A DNA stretch of 64,000 bases from an uncultured Chloroflexia bacterium (GTDB lineage: Bacteria; Chloroflexota; Limnocylindria; Limnocylindrales; CSP1-4). Shown piece by piece: positions 47,082 through 56,781 of the stretch. Below the pieces are notes generated by a model that was not told where the DNA came from, did no database searches, and saw nothing but the letters and a program-made list of their open reading frames with translations. Position 1 is the stretch's first letter, and the number at the start of each line of letters is the position of its first letter. Position numbers and translations under genes: made by a program. The stretch covers positions 192,001 to 256,000 of the forward strand of contig CAVRGP010000015.1 of the NCBI GenBank assembly GCA_963720755.1, written 5' to 3'.

Positions 47082-47110
47082 GTCGCGCGACCGACCGTCC
47101 CAGCCACATC

Positions 47111-48154
47111 GTGCAGGTCCAGCGCGTCACGCCCGGGCGGCGGGTCCCCGCTCGCCTGGTGGGTTCGGTGCTTGCCCGCGATGTGAGCGTGGCCGGCCGG
47201 CGTTGGTCGAAGGGCCGCCGGCTGACCGCAGACGACCTGGCCGCGCTGGCGGCCGCGGATCCGGGCACGCCGATCAGCGTGCTGGTGCCAGAGGCCGGCG
47301 AACTCCATGAGGACGATGCCGCCACTCGGTTGGCGGACGCGGTCGGTGGGTCCGGGCTGACCCGGCGCGGGCCGAACCAGAGCCGGATCGACTTGCTGGC
47401 CGCGGCGCCGGGCGTCCTGCACGTGCGGGTGGCCGACCTGGAGCGACTCAATCGGATCGATCCACTCGAGGTGTTCACGGCGTTCGACGGCCAGATCGTC
47501 GATCGTGGCGATCTCGTCGCGAGCGTCAAGGTGGCCCCGCACCTGGTGGAGGCCGCGATCGTCGACGCGGGCGCTCGGCTCGCCGGGTTCGGCAACGATC
47601 CGCTCGTCTGGGTGGCGCCGTTCATCCCCGGGCGGGTCGGGGTCATCGTCAAGGGATCCGTCGGCGCCACGGCGCGCGAGCGGTTCGAGACCAGTGTCCG
47701 GGCCAAGATCGAAGGTCTCGGTTCGGTCCTTGACGCTATCGAGTACGTCCAGGACGACCCCGAAGCGGTCGAGGCGGCCCTTGCGGACTTCGTTCGACGA
47801 CCCGATCCGCTCGATCTGATCCTGACTGCCGGAGCGGCCAGTACCGATCCGCTGGATGCGTGTTTCGTTGCCATCGCCGCCCTCGGCGGCCGCGTGGTCC
47901 GCCGGGGCGTGCCGGCGCACCCGGGGTCGATGCTCTGGCTCGCCAGGATAGGCAGGACGGCGATCGTCGGTCTGCCGACCTGCGGCGCCTACTCGAAGGC
48001 CACCGCCGTGGACCTCCTGCTGCCCCGCCTCCTGTCGGGCGAACCCGCATCCGAGCGGACCGTGGCTACGCTCGGACATGGCGGGATCCTCACCCGCAGC
48101 CAGCGCTTCCGGTTCCCGCCGTACGCCCGCGAGCTGGATGCGCCCGAGGGGTAG
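47111..48154 (+). CDS. Molybdopterin-binding/biosynthesis domain protein
   Basis: ELHEDDAA, ASVKVAP, GAASTDPLD, GVPAHPGSMLW, GLPTC, DLLLPR, LGHGG. Confidence 0.8.
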   Translation: MQVQRVTPGRRVPARLVGSVLARDVSVAGRRWSKGRRLTADDLAALAAADPGTPISVLVPEAGELHEDDAATRLADAVGGSGLTRRGPNQSRIDLLAAAPGVLHVRVADLERLNRIDPLEVFTAFDGQIVDRGDLVASVKVAPHLVEAAIVDAGARLAGFGNDPLVWVAPFIPGRVGVIVKGSVGATARERFETSVRAKIEGLGSVLDAIEYVQDDPEAVEAALADFVRRPDPLDLILTAGAASTDPLDACFVAIAALGGRVVRRGVPAHPGSMLWLARIGRTAIVGLPTCGAYSKATAVDLLLPRLLSGEPASERTVATLGHGGILTRSQRFRFPPYARELDAPEG

Positions 48155-48343
48155 GGCGGCGGTGGCCGAGACCTCGGAGACACACGACGCGCCGCGCGAT
48201 GGCGCAGGTAGGTAGACCCGTTCTGCCGCCGCGACTGGCGGTCGCGATCGGCCGCGGCGACGTTGTTTGAGTATTTGCCCTGCCCGATCCGTCATGACAG
48301 GTAACACGGCCCGACCTGGGCCGTGCCGGAGATGGAGCGTTTG

Positions 48344-48895
48344 ATGAGGCGCGAACTTGTCGAGGCGGCGGGCCGTGGAGACCACGAGGCATTCGAGATC
48401 CTCGCGACCTCCGCTGCCGATCGCCTTCACGCGGTCGCTCGCCTGATCCTTCGGGACTCGGCCCTGGCGGAAGACGCGGTACAGGAAGCGCTTGTCAACG
48501 CGTGGCAGCAGCTTCCCTCGCTGCGTGATCCGGATCGGTTCGACGCCTGGCTCTATCGCCTGGTGGTCAACGCCTGTGCCGACCAGGGCCGACAGCTGCG
48601 GCGCCGGTCGCAACAGGTGCGACTGCTATCACTCGATGTCCCGATCAGCGACGACACCGGTGATGTCGCCGATCGGGAGCAACTGGAACGGGGGTTCAAT
48701 CGACTGAAGCCCGACCAGCGGGCCGTGGTCGTCCTCCACTTCTACAGCGGGTTCTCGGCAGCCGAGATCGCACCGATCCTCGGGATTCCCGAGGGAACCG
48801 CACGATCCCGACTTCACTACGCGACCGAGGCGATGCGGGCGGCCCTCGAAGCCGACGCACGACCGCCGGCGGCCGCCCATGACAGGACTGCGTGA
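48344..48895 (+). CDS. ECF sigma factor
   Basis: GDHEAF, AEDAVQEAL..AW, FDAWLYR, QRAVVVLH, EGTARSRLHYA. Confidence 0.92.
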   Translation: MRRELVEAAGRGDHEAFEILATSAADRLHAVARLILRDSALAEDAVQEALVNAWQQLPSLRDPDRFDAWLYRLVVNACADQGRQLRRRSQQVRLLSLDVPISDDTGDVADREQLERGFNRLKPDQRAVVVLHFYSGFSAAEIAPILGIPEGTARSRLHYATEAMRAALEADARPPAAAHDRTA

Positions 48896-49866
48896 TGGCC
48901 AACGACAGGCAGCTTGAACGGACGATCAGCCGCTGGCTCGAGGCAGAAGCCCCGACCCAGTTGCCCGATCGTGTCCTGCGCGCGACGTTCGAACGCACGC
49001 GCACCTCCAGGCAGCAGCGAAGCTGGCGCGCCCTCCTGTGGAGGAACCGAATCGTCATGAACAGATCCATCCCCATCGGCCTCGGCAGCGCCGCCGTGGT
49101 CATCGTCCTTCTCGGTGGCGTCATGCTCTTCGGTTCGTCCGGCGTCGGCGGACCAGGCCCATCGCCGACACCCAGTCCAACGCCGACAGCGACCTCGACA
49201 CCGACGCCGGCGCCGAGCTCGACCGCCGAACCGACACTCTCGATCGGCGGCGGACTGCCGTTGGGCCCGTACCAGATCGGCCAGGAAGTCGTCCCCATTA
49301 CCGTCGACATCCCGTCTTCAGGGTGGATGCCCATCACCGAACTCCAGGCCCTGTCCAAGGCGGACGACGGTCTGGACCCGCCGGATACCGTCGGTGGCGC
49401 GTTGCTCGCGTGGGCATGGCCTGCCGGAACCGGGTTCAACGTGTACGGGGATGGCTGTCATTGGGCGACGACCATCCCGGAGATGCCGGCCACGACGCCC
49501 GACGAGATCGCCGCGGCTCTCGCGACCCAGACGTCGAGCGACCCGACCGCGCCAGTGGCCGTCACCGTGGGCGGCTACGCCGGCAAGGCGATTACGCTGA
49601 CCGTGCCGATGACCTACGACCTGCCGAACTCGACCCGCGAGCAACGATTCGCCGATTGCGATCAGTCGCAGTACGGCTTCTATGCAGGCGGGGCAGACAC
49701 CGAACCGACGCGCAACGCCCAGGGAGCGGGCCAGGTCGACGAGCTGTGGATCCTGGACGTGAACGGTGTGATCGTGATCCTCGACGCGACCTACGGCCCT
49801 GCAGCATCGGCGGAGCTCGTCGGTGAGCTGCGAGCCATGGCCGAGTCGGCCACTTTCGGCGGCTAG
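48892..49866 (+). CDS. Putative anti-sigma factor with extracytoplasmic sensor domain
   Basis: Coupled to the ECF gene; LERTISRWLEAEAP..LPDRVL N-terminus, TM, Pro/Thr linker, extracytoplasmic domain. Confidence 0.7.
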   Translation: MMANDRQLERTISRWLEAEAPTQLPDRVLRATFERTRTSRQQRSWRALLWRNRIVMNRSIPIGLGSAAVVIVLLGGVMLFGSSGVGGPGPSPTPSPTPTATSTPTPAPSSTAEPTLSIGGGLPLGPYQIGQEVVPITVDIPSSGWMPITELQALSKADDGLDPPDTVGGALLAWAWPAGTGFNVYGDGCHWATTIPEMPATTPDEIAAALATQTSSDPTAPVAVTVGGYAGKAITLTVPMTYDLPNSTREQRFADCDQSQYGFYAGGADTEPTRNAQGAGQVDELWILDVNGVIVILDATYGPAASAELVGELRAMAESATFGG

Positions 49867-49925
49867 ACCAGTCGGTGGGCGGCCGTTGTGGCCGCCCACC
49901 GATCCGTTCCTCGGGGAGGCTCTCG

Positions 49926-51308
49926 ATGATCTGCCGTCGATCCATGCGCGGTCTGTCGGCCGCGATCGTCCTCGCCATCGTGGCCGGGTGTGCACAGAGC
50001 GCCACGACACCTGCGTCGTCGCCATCCTCATCATCGTGCGGCAGCCAGTCGGTCGCCGGAAATCCCCGCGCATCCGAGGCCGGAAACCTGCTCATCATCG
50101 GCCGGATCCTGACGATGGACGAGCCGCCCATCGCGGAGGCGGTCCTGGTCGAAGACGGAGCCGTTGTTGCCGTCGGCGGCCGGGCCGAGCTGTCGGAGCT
50201 CGCCTGCGACGACGTGCCGGTCATCGACCTCGGCCAGAGCGTCGCGTACCCTGGGTTCATCGATGCCCATGCGCACTGGATCGGGGACCGCGACCGCTAC
50301 GGTATCCGCTCGCCCGAGGAGGCGATGGATGCGGCCATCTCCCGGGGCTGGACGTCGATCTCCGAGCAATGGGTCAACCCGCAGCGTCTCCTCGAGCTTG
50401 AGACCCTCGCGGCCGATGGCGCCATGCCCTTCCGTGTCGACGCCTATCTCGCCCTCAACTACGCGACTGCATTCCTCGGGGACTGGTATGTCGATCGCGA
50501 GCCCGGCCCCGTCGGCGACCACCTGCGCGTCCGTGGTCTGAAGATCCACCTCGACGATGGCCCGGGCAAGATCATCAACTGGGAACCGGCGGAGCTGACC
50601 GCGACCATCGGACGGGCGAACGAGGCCGGCTGGCAGATCTCCGTCCACTCCGTGAGTGCGGCGGCCCTGGACCTGGCGCTCGATGCGTTCGAGGCGTCGA
50701 TCGGCCCGACCGGGCCGAACCCTCTCCATCATCGGATCGAGCACCTCATCCAGGTGACCGATGACCAGCTGGCTCGCGTCGTCGCGATGGACATCGCTGC
50801 CGTGATCCACCTTGACGGAGCCGCCGACTGGATTCTCGACCCGAGGGTGCTGGCTGAATTCGATCGGGACGATCCCGGCGAGGCAGCGGAACTGCTCGCC
50901 CGCTGGCGAGATCTCGTGGACGCCGGGCTGCATGTCGCGTCGGCGACCGACGCGCCATGGACCTTCGAGGACGGGCTGGTCGATGACATCGGTCGGCCCT
51001 TCGACCAGATCGCGGCCGGGATGGACGGGCGAGTTCGTACGAGGCCGGACACACCCGATTGGTTGCTCGACCAGTTGCTGACCGCGGAGCAGGGGCTCCG
51101 GGCGGTGACCTCGGACGCTGCCTGGGCCGTCGGCGACGAGGAGCGTCGAGGCCACCTCGCCCCGGGCGCCCTCGGCGACGTGACCATCCTGTCCGGCGAC
51201 GTCACCTCCGCCACTCCCGACGAGATCCGGGCGATGGATGTCGTCGCGACGATCGTAGGTGGGACCGTCATCCACTGTTCCGACGCCGAGGTCTGCGGCA
51301 AGGACTGA
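49926..51308 (+). CDS. Amidohydrolase family 3 (YtcJ-like) lipoprotein
   Basis: Lipobox VAGC; PGFIDAHAH, KIHLD, SVHSV, HRIEH, ATDAP, GHLAPGALGD. Confidence 0.85.
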   Translation: MICRRSMRGLSAAIVLAIVAGCAQSATTPASSPSSSSCGSQSVAGNPRASEAGNLLIIGRILTMDEPPIAEAVLVEDGAVVAVGGRAELSELACDDVPVIDLGQSVAYPGFIDAHAHWIGDRDRYGIRSPEEAMDAAISRGWTSISEQWVNPQRLLELETLAADGAMPFRVDAYLALNYATAFLGDWYVDREPGPVGDHLRVRGLKIHLDDGPGKIINWEPAELTATIGRANEAGWQISVHSVSAAALDLALDAFEASIGPTGPNPLHHRIEHLIQVTDDQLARVVAMDIAAVIHLDGAADWILDPRVLAEFDRDDPGEAAELLARWRDLVDAGLHVASATDAPWTFEDGLVDDIGRPFDQIAAGMDGRVRTRPDTPDWLLDQLLTAEQGLRAVTSDAAWAVGDEERRGHLAPGALGDVTILSGDVTSATPDEIRAMDVVATIVGGTVIHCSDAEVCGKD

Positions 51309-51409
51309 CGCACACCGAGAGCTGCGGATCGCCCATTGCATACCGGGTCGCGCGTCGAGTCGAGGAGATGGCGTGCATGCGACCCGGTCGCGACGTGTAG
51401 ATTCCCCTG

Positions 51410-52324
51410 ATGACCGACCGCGATGCCCGGCCTGCCGGGACCCGATCCATCGAGGCGATCCAGGACGACTTCCGGGGCCGCGACTACATCGCCGATCGGT
51501 CTCTCGCGACCGCGGTCTTCCTGGCCCTCGAGTTGGGTCGCCCGCTGCTGCTCGAAGGCGAGGCCGGCGTCGGGAAGACGGAGCTTGCCAAGGTGCTCGC
51601 GGTGTCGCTCGGCGCTCCGCTCATCCGGCTGCAGTGCTATGAGGGCCTCGACGTCAACACGGCCGTCTACGAGTGGAACTATCCACGCCAGATGCTGGAG
51701 ATCCGCCTGCTCGAGGCCCGCGGTGAGGCGGATCGCGCCACCGCCCACGACATCTTCGGGGCGGACTTCCTCATCCGACGGCCTCTCCTCCAGGCCCTGG
51801 AGGCGCCCGAGGGGATCGCCCCGGTCCTGCTCATCGATGAGATCGACCGGGCCGACGAGGAGTTCGAGGCATACCTCCTGGAGATCCTGTCCGATTTCCA
51901 GGTGACGGTCCCGGAGATCGGCACGATCAAGGCGCTGACACCGCCCAGGGTCATCCTCACCTCGAACCGGACACGCGAAGTCCACGATGCGCTGAAGCGC
52001 CGATGCCTCTATCACTGGATCGACTATCCGACCGCCCAGAAGGAATACGAGATCGTCCTGGCCAAGGTCCCGGACGCTCCGGAACGCCTCGCCCGCGAGG
52101 TCGTCGGCTTCATCCACCGGCTGCGCGAGGCGGATCTGACCAAGGTGCCCGGGATCGCCGAGACGCTCGACTGGGCAGCAGCCCTCCTGTCGCTCGGTGC
52201 TCGCGAGCTTGCGCCCGAGTTGGTCGACGAGACCCTCGGCGTCATCCTCAAGTACGAGGAGGACATCCGCCAGGTTCGGGGTGACGGGACCCGCCGCTAT
52301 CTCGACGAGGCCGCTGCCGGCTGA
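51410..52324 (+). CDS. coxD: MoxR AAA+ ATPase (CoxD-like)
   Basis: LLEGEAGVGKTE, RLQCYEG, YEWNY, LIDEIDRAD.EFE, TSNRTRE. Confidence 0.92.
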   Translation: MTDRDARPAGTRSIEAIQDDFRGRDYIADRSLATAVFLALELGRPLLLEGEAGVGKTELAKVLAVSLGAPLIRLQCYEGLDVNTAVYEWNYPRQMLEIRLLEARGEADRATAHDIFGADFLIRRPLLQALEAPEGIAPVLLIDEIDRADEEFEAYLLEILSDFQVTVPEIGTIKALTPPRVILTSNRTREVHDALKRRCLYHWIDYPTAQKEYEIVLAKVPDAPERLAREVVGFIHRLREADLTKVPGIAETLDWAAALLSLGARELAPELVDETLGVILKYEEDIRQVRGDGTRRYLDEAAAG

Positions 52325-52344
52325 CCAGCCGGCACGATCGCCCG

Positions 52345-53733
52345 ATGTCTGATCCAGCCATCATCCGCGCGCCGTTCGGCCCGGAGGTGGATGGCCGGCG
52401 CCTGTTGCGCGAAGCGGTCGGGTTCGGCCGGTCGTTGCGCGTCGCACACCTGTCGATCGATCTCGGCGCAGCCGTCGATTTCGCTCGCGCACTGACGCTC
52501 GTCGACCTGTCGGATCGGGAGCAGGTCCGGGCGGCCGGTGCTGCCGTCTTCGTCCGGCGGCGCGACGAGCGGGCCGTCTACGATGCCGCCTTCGATCGGT
52601 GGTGGCGGCAGCGCGGATCGGCCTTCTCGGACGAGTTCCAGCCGCCGACCCTCGGGATGCCCGACGATTCCCCGGCGGAGGACGAAATGCCCGGGGCGAC
52701 ACCGCCGGAAGACGGTCAGCCGCGAGGGCAGATGGCCCCCGACGAGCGTGGCATCCCGATCCCGACCGGCGAGGACGGCGACGACGATGAGGACAGCCCC
52801 ATCGAGGGCGTGGTCGTGGCTCCGGACGCGTACTCGCAGGGCGAAGTCCTCCGGCACCGGGAGTTCGACCGCATGACGCCGGCCGAGTTGCGCGAAGCCG
52901 AGCGCCTCGTCGACCTCCTCGTCCCGAGCCTGGAGCGGCGCCGGACGCGTCGATATGAACTCCACGCACACGGTCGCCGACTTGCTCCGCGGGCGATGTT
53001 CAGGAGGAATCTCGGGACCGGCGGCCAGATGCTCGACTGGGTCTGGAAGCGACAAGTCCGCGAACCCCGATCGCTCGTGGTCCTGTGCGACATCTCCGGT
53101 TCCATGGAACGGCATTCGCGTCTGCTGCTGCGTTTCGTGCAGGCGTTGTCCGCGGCGTCGGAGGTCCGGACCGAGTCATTCGTGTTCGGGACGCGCCTGA
53201 CCCGGGTGACGCGCCTGCTGCGCGATCGCGATCGCGACCGGGCGCTCGCTCGAGTCGCCGACTCGGTCAACGACTGGGCCGGCGGGACCCGGATCGGGGA
53301 GTCCTTCCGCACCTTCAACCAGCAATGGGCGCGGCGGTCACTCCGAACGTCCGGGGTCGTGATCGTGGTGTCCGACGGGTGGGACCGGGGGGATCCAAAC
53401 CTCGTTGCCACCGAGACGGCCCGACTCCGGCGGAATTGTCACCGCCTCATCTGGCTCAATCCGCTCGCCGGCACACCTGGGTACCAGCCGCTGGCCGGCG
53501 GGATGCGGGCCGCGTATCCCTATGTCGACGACTTCCTGCCGGCCGGGACGGTCGCTTCGCTCGAGCGGCTCGGCGAGATCCTCGGTGGTGTCCGGGCCAG
53601 TGACACGCGACGAGGGAGCGAAGCCGCAGCCCATGCGGCGATGCCCGGGACCGGCGGCCCAGCCGTCGGCCTTCCCCCGTCATTCGTCGGCGGTGAGACC
53701 ATCGATCGGAACGCAGCGAGGCCATTGCGGTGA
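52345..53733 (+). CDS. coxE: VWA domain protein (CoxE-like)
   Basis: LCDISGSM, FGTRLTR, WAGGTRIG, SDGWD, WLNP. Confidence 0.9.
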   Translation: MSDPAIIRAPFGPEVDGRRLLREAVGFGRSLRVAHLSIDLGAAVDFARALTLVDLSDREQVRAAGAAVFVRRRDERAVYDAAFDRWWRQRGSAFSDEFQPPTLGMPDDSPAEDEMPGATPPEDGQPRGQMAPDERGIPIPTGEDGDDDEDSPIEGVVVAPDAYSQGEVLRHREFDRMTPAELREAERLVDLLVPSLERRRTRRYELHAHGRRLAPRAMFRRNLGTGGQMLDWVWKRQVREPRSLVVLCDISGSMERHSRLLLRFVQALSAASEVRTESFVFGTRLTRVTRLLRDRDRDRALARVADSVNDWAGGTRIGESFRTFNQQWARRSLRTSGVVIVVSDGWDRGDPNLVATETARLRRNCHRLIWLNPLAGTPGYQPLAGGMRAAYPYVDDFLPAGTVASLERLGEILGGVRASDTRRGSEAAAHAAMPGTGGPAVGLPPSFVGGETIDRNAARPLR

Positions 53734-54869
53734 AGGAACTCCTCGATACGCTCGACGGCTGGGGATCGGTTGGTATCGATCCGACCGAGATCGGCCGTGC
53801 GGTGGTGGTCCGGACCTTCGGGTCCGCCCCCCGACCGGAAGGGGCCGTCCTCCTGTATGCGACGGATGGCCGGATCGCCGGCTCGGTCAGCGGCGGGTGC
53901 GTCGAGGGCGCAGCCGCCGAGGAGATCGACCGGGCGAGGGCCACCGGCCACGCTCGAGTCATCCGGTACGGGATCAGCGACGAGGAGGCATGGGACGTCG
54001 GCCTGGCCTGCGGCGGCACGATCGACGTACTCGTCGAGCCGGTCGTGCCGATCGCCGTGATCGAGGCGGCGCGTCAGTCGGTCGGGGCGGGTGGCCATGG
54101 TTCGGCCGTCATCACGCCGCTCCCCGCCGATTCGCCACCGGGCGCCTTCGGTCCCCACGCACCGGGCGACGGCGCGCCGCCCGAAGCCGGTTTGGTGGTG
54201 GCTGATGATGGGGGAGTGGCGGGGACGACCGGTTCGGAGGACCTGGACGCGACCCTGAGGGATGCGGCGATGACGGCGCTGCAGCGAGGTCTGTCACGGA
54301 CCGTGGACCTGGGCGATCGCTCGTACTTCATCGAGGTCTTCCCCGTCCGGCCGAGACTCGTCATGGTCGGCGGTGTGGAAGTCGCTCGCTCGCTCGCGCG
54401 CCTGGCCGGCGAACTCGGGTTCGAGACGGTGGTCGTCGACGGCCGTGCCGCCTTCGCGACCCGGGAGCGGTTCCCCGATGTGGATGAACTGGTCGTCGGG
54501 TGGCCCGATGAGGTAGCCGAAGAGATCGGCCTCGGTCCGAACGATGCGGTCGCGGTCCTGTCGCATGACGTCAAGTTCGATGAGCCGGCAATCGTCGAGG
54601 CGTTGCGACGCGGTTGTCGGTACGTCGGCGCGGTGGGGTCGCGCAAGACCCAGGCGGATCGGCGTGCGCGGCTCCTCGCGGCGGGTGTCACCGAATCGGA
54701 GCTGGCACGACTGCGCGGCCCGGTCGGTCTCGACCTCGGCGGGCGGGCGCCCGCGGAGACCGCCCTGGCCATCCTGGCCGAGATCGTCGCCGAGCGGTAC
54801 GGCGGTTCCGGTCGGCCGATGCAGGAGCAGGCGATCGCGACGCCGGGCGCGGCGGTGTCACCCGGCTGA
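53730..54869 (+). CDS. xdhC: XdhC/CoxI family molybdenum cofactor chaperone
   Basis: GSAPRPEGA, GSVSGGCVE, GLACGG, SHD, YVGAVGSR, PVGLDLG..P.ETA. Confidence 0.92.
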   Translation: MKELLDTLDGWGSVGIDPTEIGRAVVVRTFGSAPRPEGAVLLYATDGRIAGSVSGGCVEGAAAEEIDRARATGHARVIRYGISDEEAWDVGLACGGTIDVLVEPVVPIAVIEAARQSVGAGGHGSAVITPLPADSPPGAFGPHAPGDGAPPEAGLVVADDGGVAGTTGSEDLDATLRDAAMTALQRGLSRTVDLGDRSYFIEVFPVRPRLVMVGGVEVARSLARLAGELGFETVVVDGRAAFATRERFPDVDELVVGWPDEVAEEIGLGPNDAVAVLSHDVKFDEPAIVEALRRGCRYVGAVGSRKTQADRRARLLAAGVTESELARLRGPVGLDLGGRAPAETALAILAEIVAERYGGSGRPMQEQAIATPGAAVSPG

Positions 54870-54925
54870 ACCGTCGGCAGGTCGGGCGCTCTCCGGGCCC
54901 GCGGGTATCCCTGCGCGGTTGCTCA

Positions 54926-54968
54926 CCGGGTAATCCCTGATCGCAGTCGCGGGTGTGCCCCGATGGCA
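54926..54968 (+). promoter_or_regulatory. Bipartite operator, copy 1
   Basis: ccgggtaatccctg-N11-gggtgtgccccgatggca. Confidence 0.65.
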
Positions 54969-55066
54969 TCAACGGGCTGGTCCACGACGCTGTCCAGGCA
55001 CCGGGGATACCGGGGCAGGACATGGAGTCGGCCTTCACACGACCTCCGGATCGCAGAGAGGTCCCT

Positions 55067-55573
55067 ATGGATACACCCCGCATCCCCGGCCGGTCCGCCG
55101 GGCTGGCTCTCTTGGTCGTGGCGCTCGCGGCTGCATGCACCCCGGCTGTCTCCCAGTCGCCGTCCCCGACGGCTTCGTCGACTGCCGCCTCGTCGGCGCT
55201 GCCGATGACCACCCCAGCGGTCTCGTTGGTGGTTGCCGCCGGCGCTGTGACCGTGGACATCTCCGATGGATCGGGGACGCTGGTCGAAGCACGATCCGGG
55301 ACGCCCGGGGACGGCGCATCGGTCGTCCCGTACGAGGTGGCGGTCACGAACGTGGACGCTTCCACGTTGCGGCTCATCTGGAGCGGCGGTCCATGCGACG
55401 TCGAAGACAGCCTGTCGATCGATGCGTCCGGGCGCGCATTCCTGCTCGTGGAGCCGGAGTGCCCGGGTGACGACGTCGCCTTCGACCGGATCCTCGACCT
55501 CCGATTCTCGCGGGCCATCGACGCCTCCGACGTCGAGGCCCGCCTCCAGGACGGCGTGGATACGTCGTCCTGA
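55067..55573 (+). CDS. Hypothetical lipoprotein
   Basis: agagagg RBS; LAAAC lipobox; WSGGPC...C. Confidence 0.75.
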   Translation: MDTPRIPGRSAGLALLVVALAAACTPAVSQSPSPTASSTAASSALPMTTPAVSLVVAAGAVTVDISDGSGTLVEARSGTPGDGASVVPYEVAVTNVDASTLRLIWSGGPCDVEDSLSIDASGRAFLLVEPECPGDDVAFDRILDLRFSRAIDASDVEARLQDGVDTSS

Positions 55574-55632
55574 CCCACACCCAACGAAGCCGGATCGCCG
55601 ATCGGGGCGATCCGGACGGAAGGAGCGAATGA

Positions 55633-56568
55633 ATGAACCGCATCATCGGCATCGCGACCGCGATTCTCCTCGGCCTGTTCGTCCTGCTACCGGTCGCCGC
55701 CGCGGCCGAGCCGTGGGACCACGCGGACCACATCATCATCAGCACCGGTGGGGACATCACGCTTCCAGCCGGTCACCACGTCGACCTGCTGGTTGTCAAT
55801 GACGGCGCAGCGACGATCCTCGGCGATGCCGACGGCGTCGTCGTGGTCAACGGGTCGGCTGCCTTCGTTGGGTCGACCGCATCCGGGATCGTCGCTGTGT
55901 CAAGCACGGTGACCCTGGACAGCGCGACGACCATCTCGGGTGACATCCGTACGTTCGAGTCGTCCGTCGTGCAGGCGCCCGGATCGGTCGTGCAAGGACA
56001 GATCGTGGAAGGTGCCGACGGCGTCGACTGGCCCGGCACAGCGGCGGTTCTTGCCTCGGTGGCGATCCTGATCTACCTCGGCTTCTACGTGCTCGCCGCG
56101 GCGACGGGGCTCGTGGCGGCTGGAGTGGCCTCGCGCCAGCTCCGGGCGGCCGGGGCCCTGATCCAGGGTGAACCGGGTGCGACGATCGTCGCCGGTCTGG
56201 CCGGATCGATCGGCGTCGTGCTGGCGGCGTTCCTCGCCATGGTGACGATCGTCGGTATCCCGCTCGGGATCGCGATCCTGATCGGCGTCCTGCCGGTGCT
56301 CGCGTTCGCCGGGTACCTGGTCGCGGGCGTCTGGCTCGGCGATCAGATCCTGGCGCGGCTGACTCCGACGGTCACTCGCGAGCGTCCGTATCTCGCCGCG
56401 GTCGTCGGTCTGGCGGTCCTGCAGCTGGTGAGTATCGTCCCGTTCATCGGTGGTGTGGTGGCGTTCCTCGGGTTCGGGGCCGTCGTCCTCCTGCTCTGGC
56501 GGACGTTCCGGGCGACGCCCGAAACGGGTGCTGTCGAGGCGACGGGGATGGCCGGCGCCGTCAGCTGA
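55633..56568 (+). CDS. Membrane protein with N-terminal beta-repeat (polymer-forming/bactofilin-like) region
   Basis: Signal peptide, VVNDG/VVVNG beta repeats, C-terminal TMs (TIVGIPLG, VPFIGG). Confidence 0.75.
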   Translation: MNRIIGIATAILLGLFVLLPVAAAAEPWDHADHIIISTGGDITLPAGHHVDLLVVNDGAATILGDADGVVVVNGSAAFVGSTASGIVAVSSTVTLDSATTISGDIRTFESSVVQAPGSVVQGQIVEGADGVDWPGTAAVLASVAILIYLGFYVLAAATGLVAAGVASRQLRAAGALIQGEPGATIVAGLAGSIGVVLAAFLAMVTIVGIPLGIAILIGVLPVLAFAGYLVAGVWLGDQILARLTPTVTRERPYLAAVVGLAVLQLVSIVPFIGGVVAFLGFGAVVLLLWRTFRATPETGAVEATGMAGAVS

Positions 56569-56781
56569 CGACTCGCGGAACTCGGACTGGCCCGGTCGAC
56601 GTCAGGTCGGCCGGGTCCGTCGGCGTGCGCCCGGTAGGCCGAATGGCTCTGGCGTCGGACGGCGGTCCGGGTCGACAGTCTGGGCGAACGGTGGGCGTCG
56701 CTGCGCTCCTGGGGTATGGCGTGCAGGCCCCCGAGCCGTCGCCCGAACTCAGACAACGGGCGGCATCCGAGGAGGAACCCG

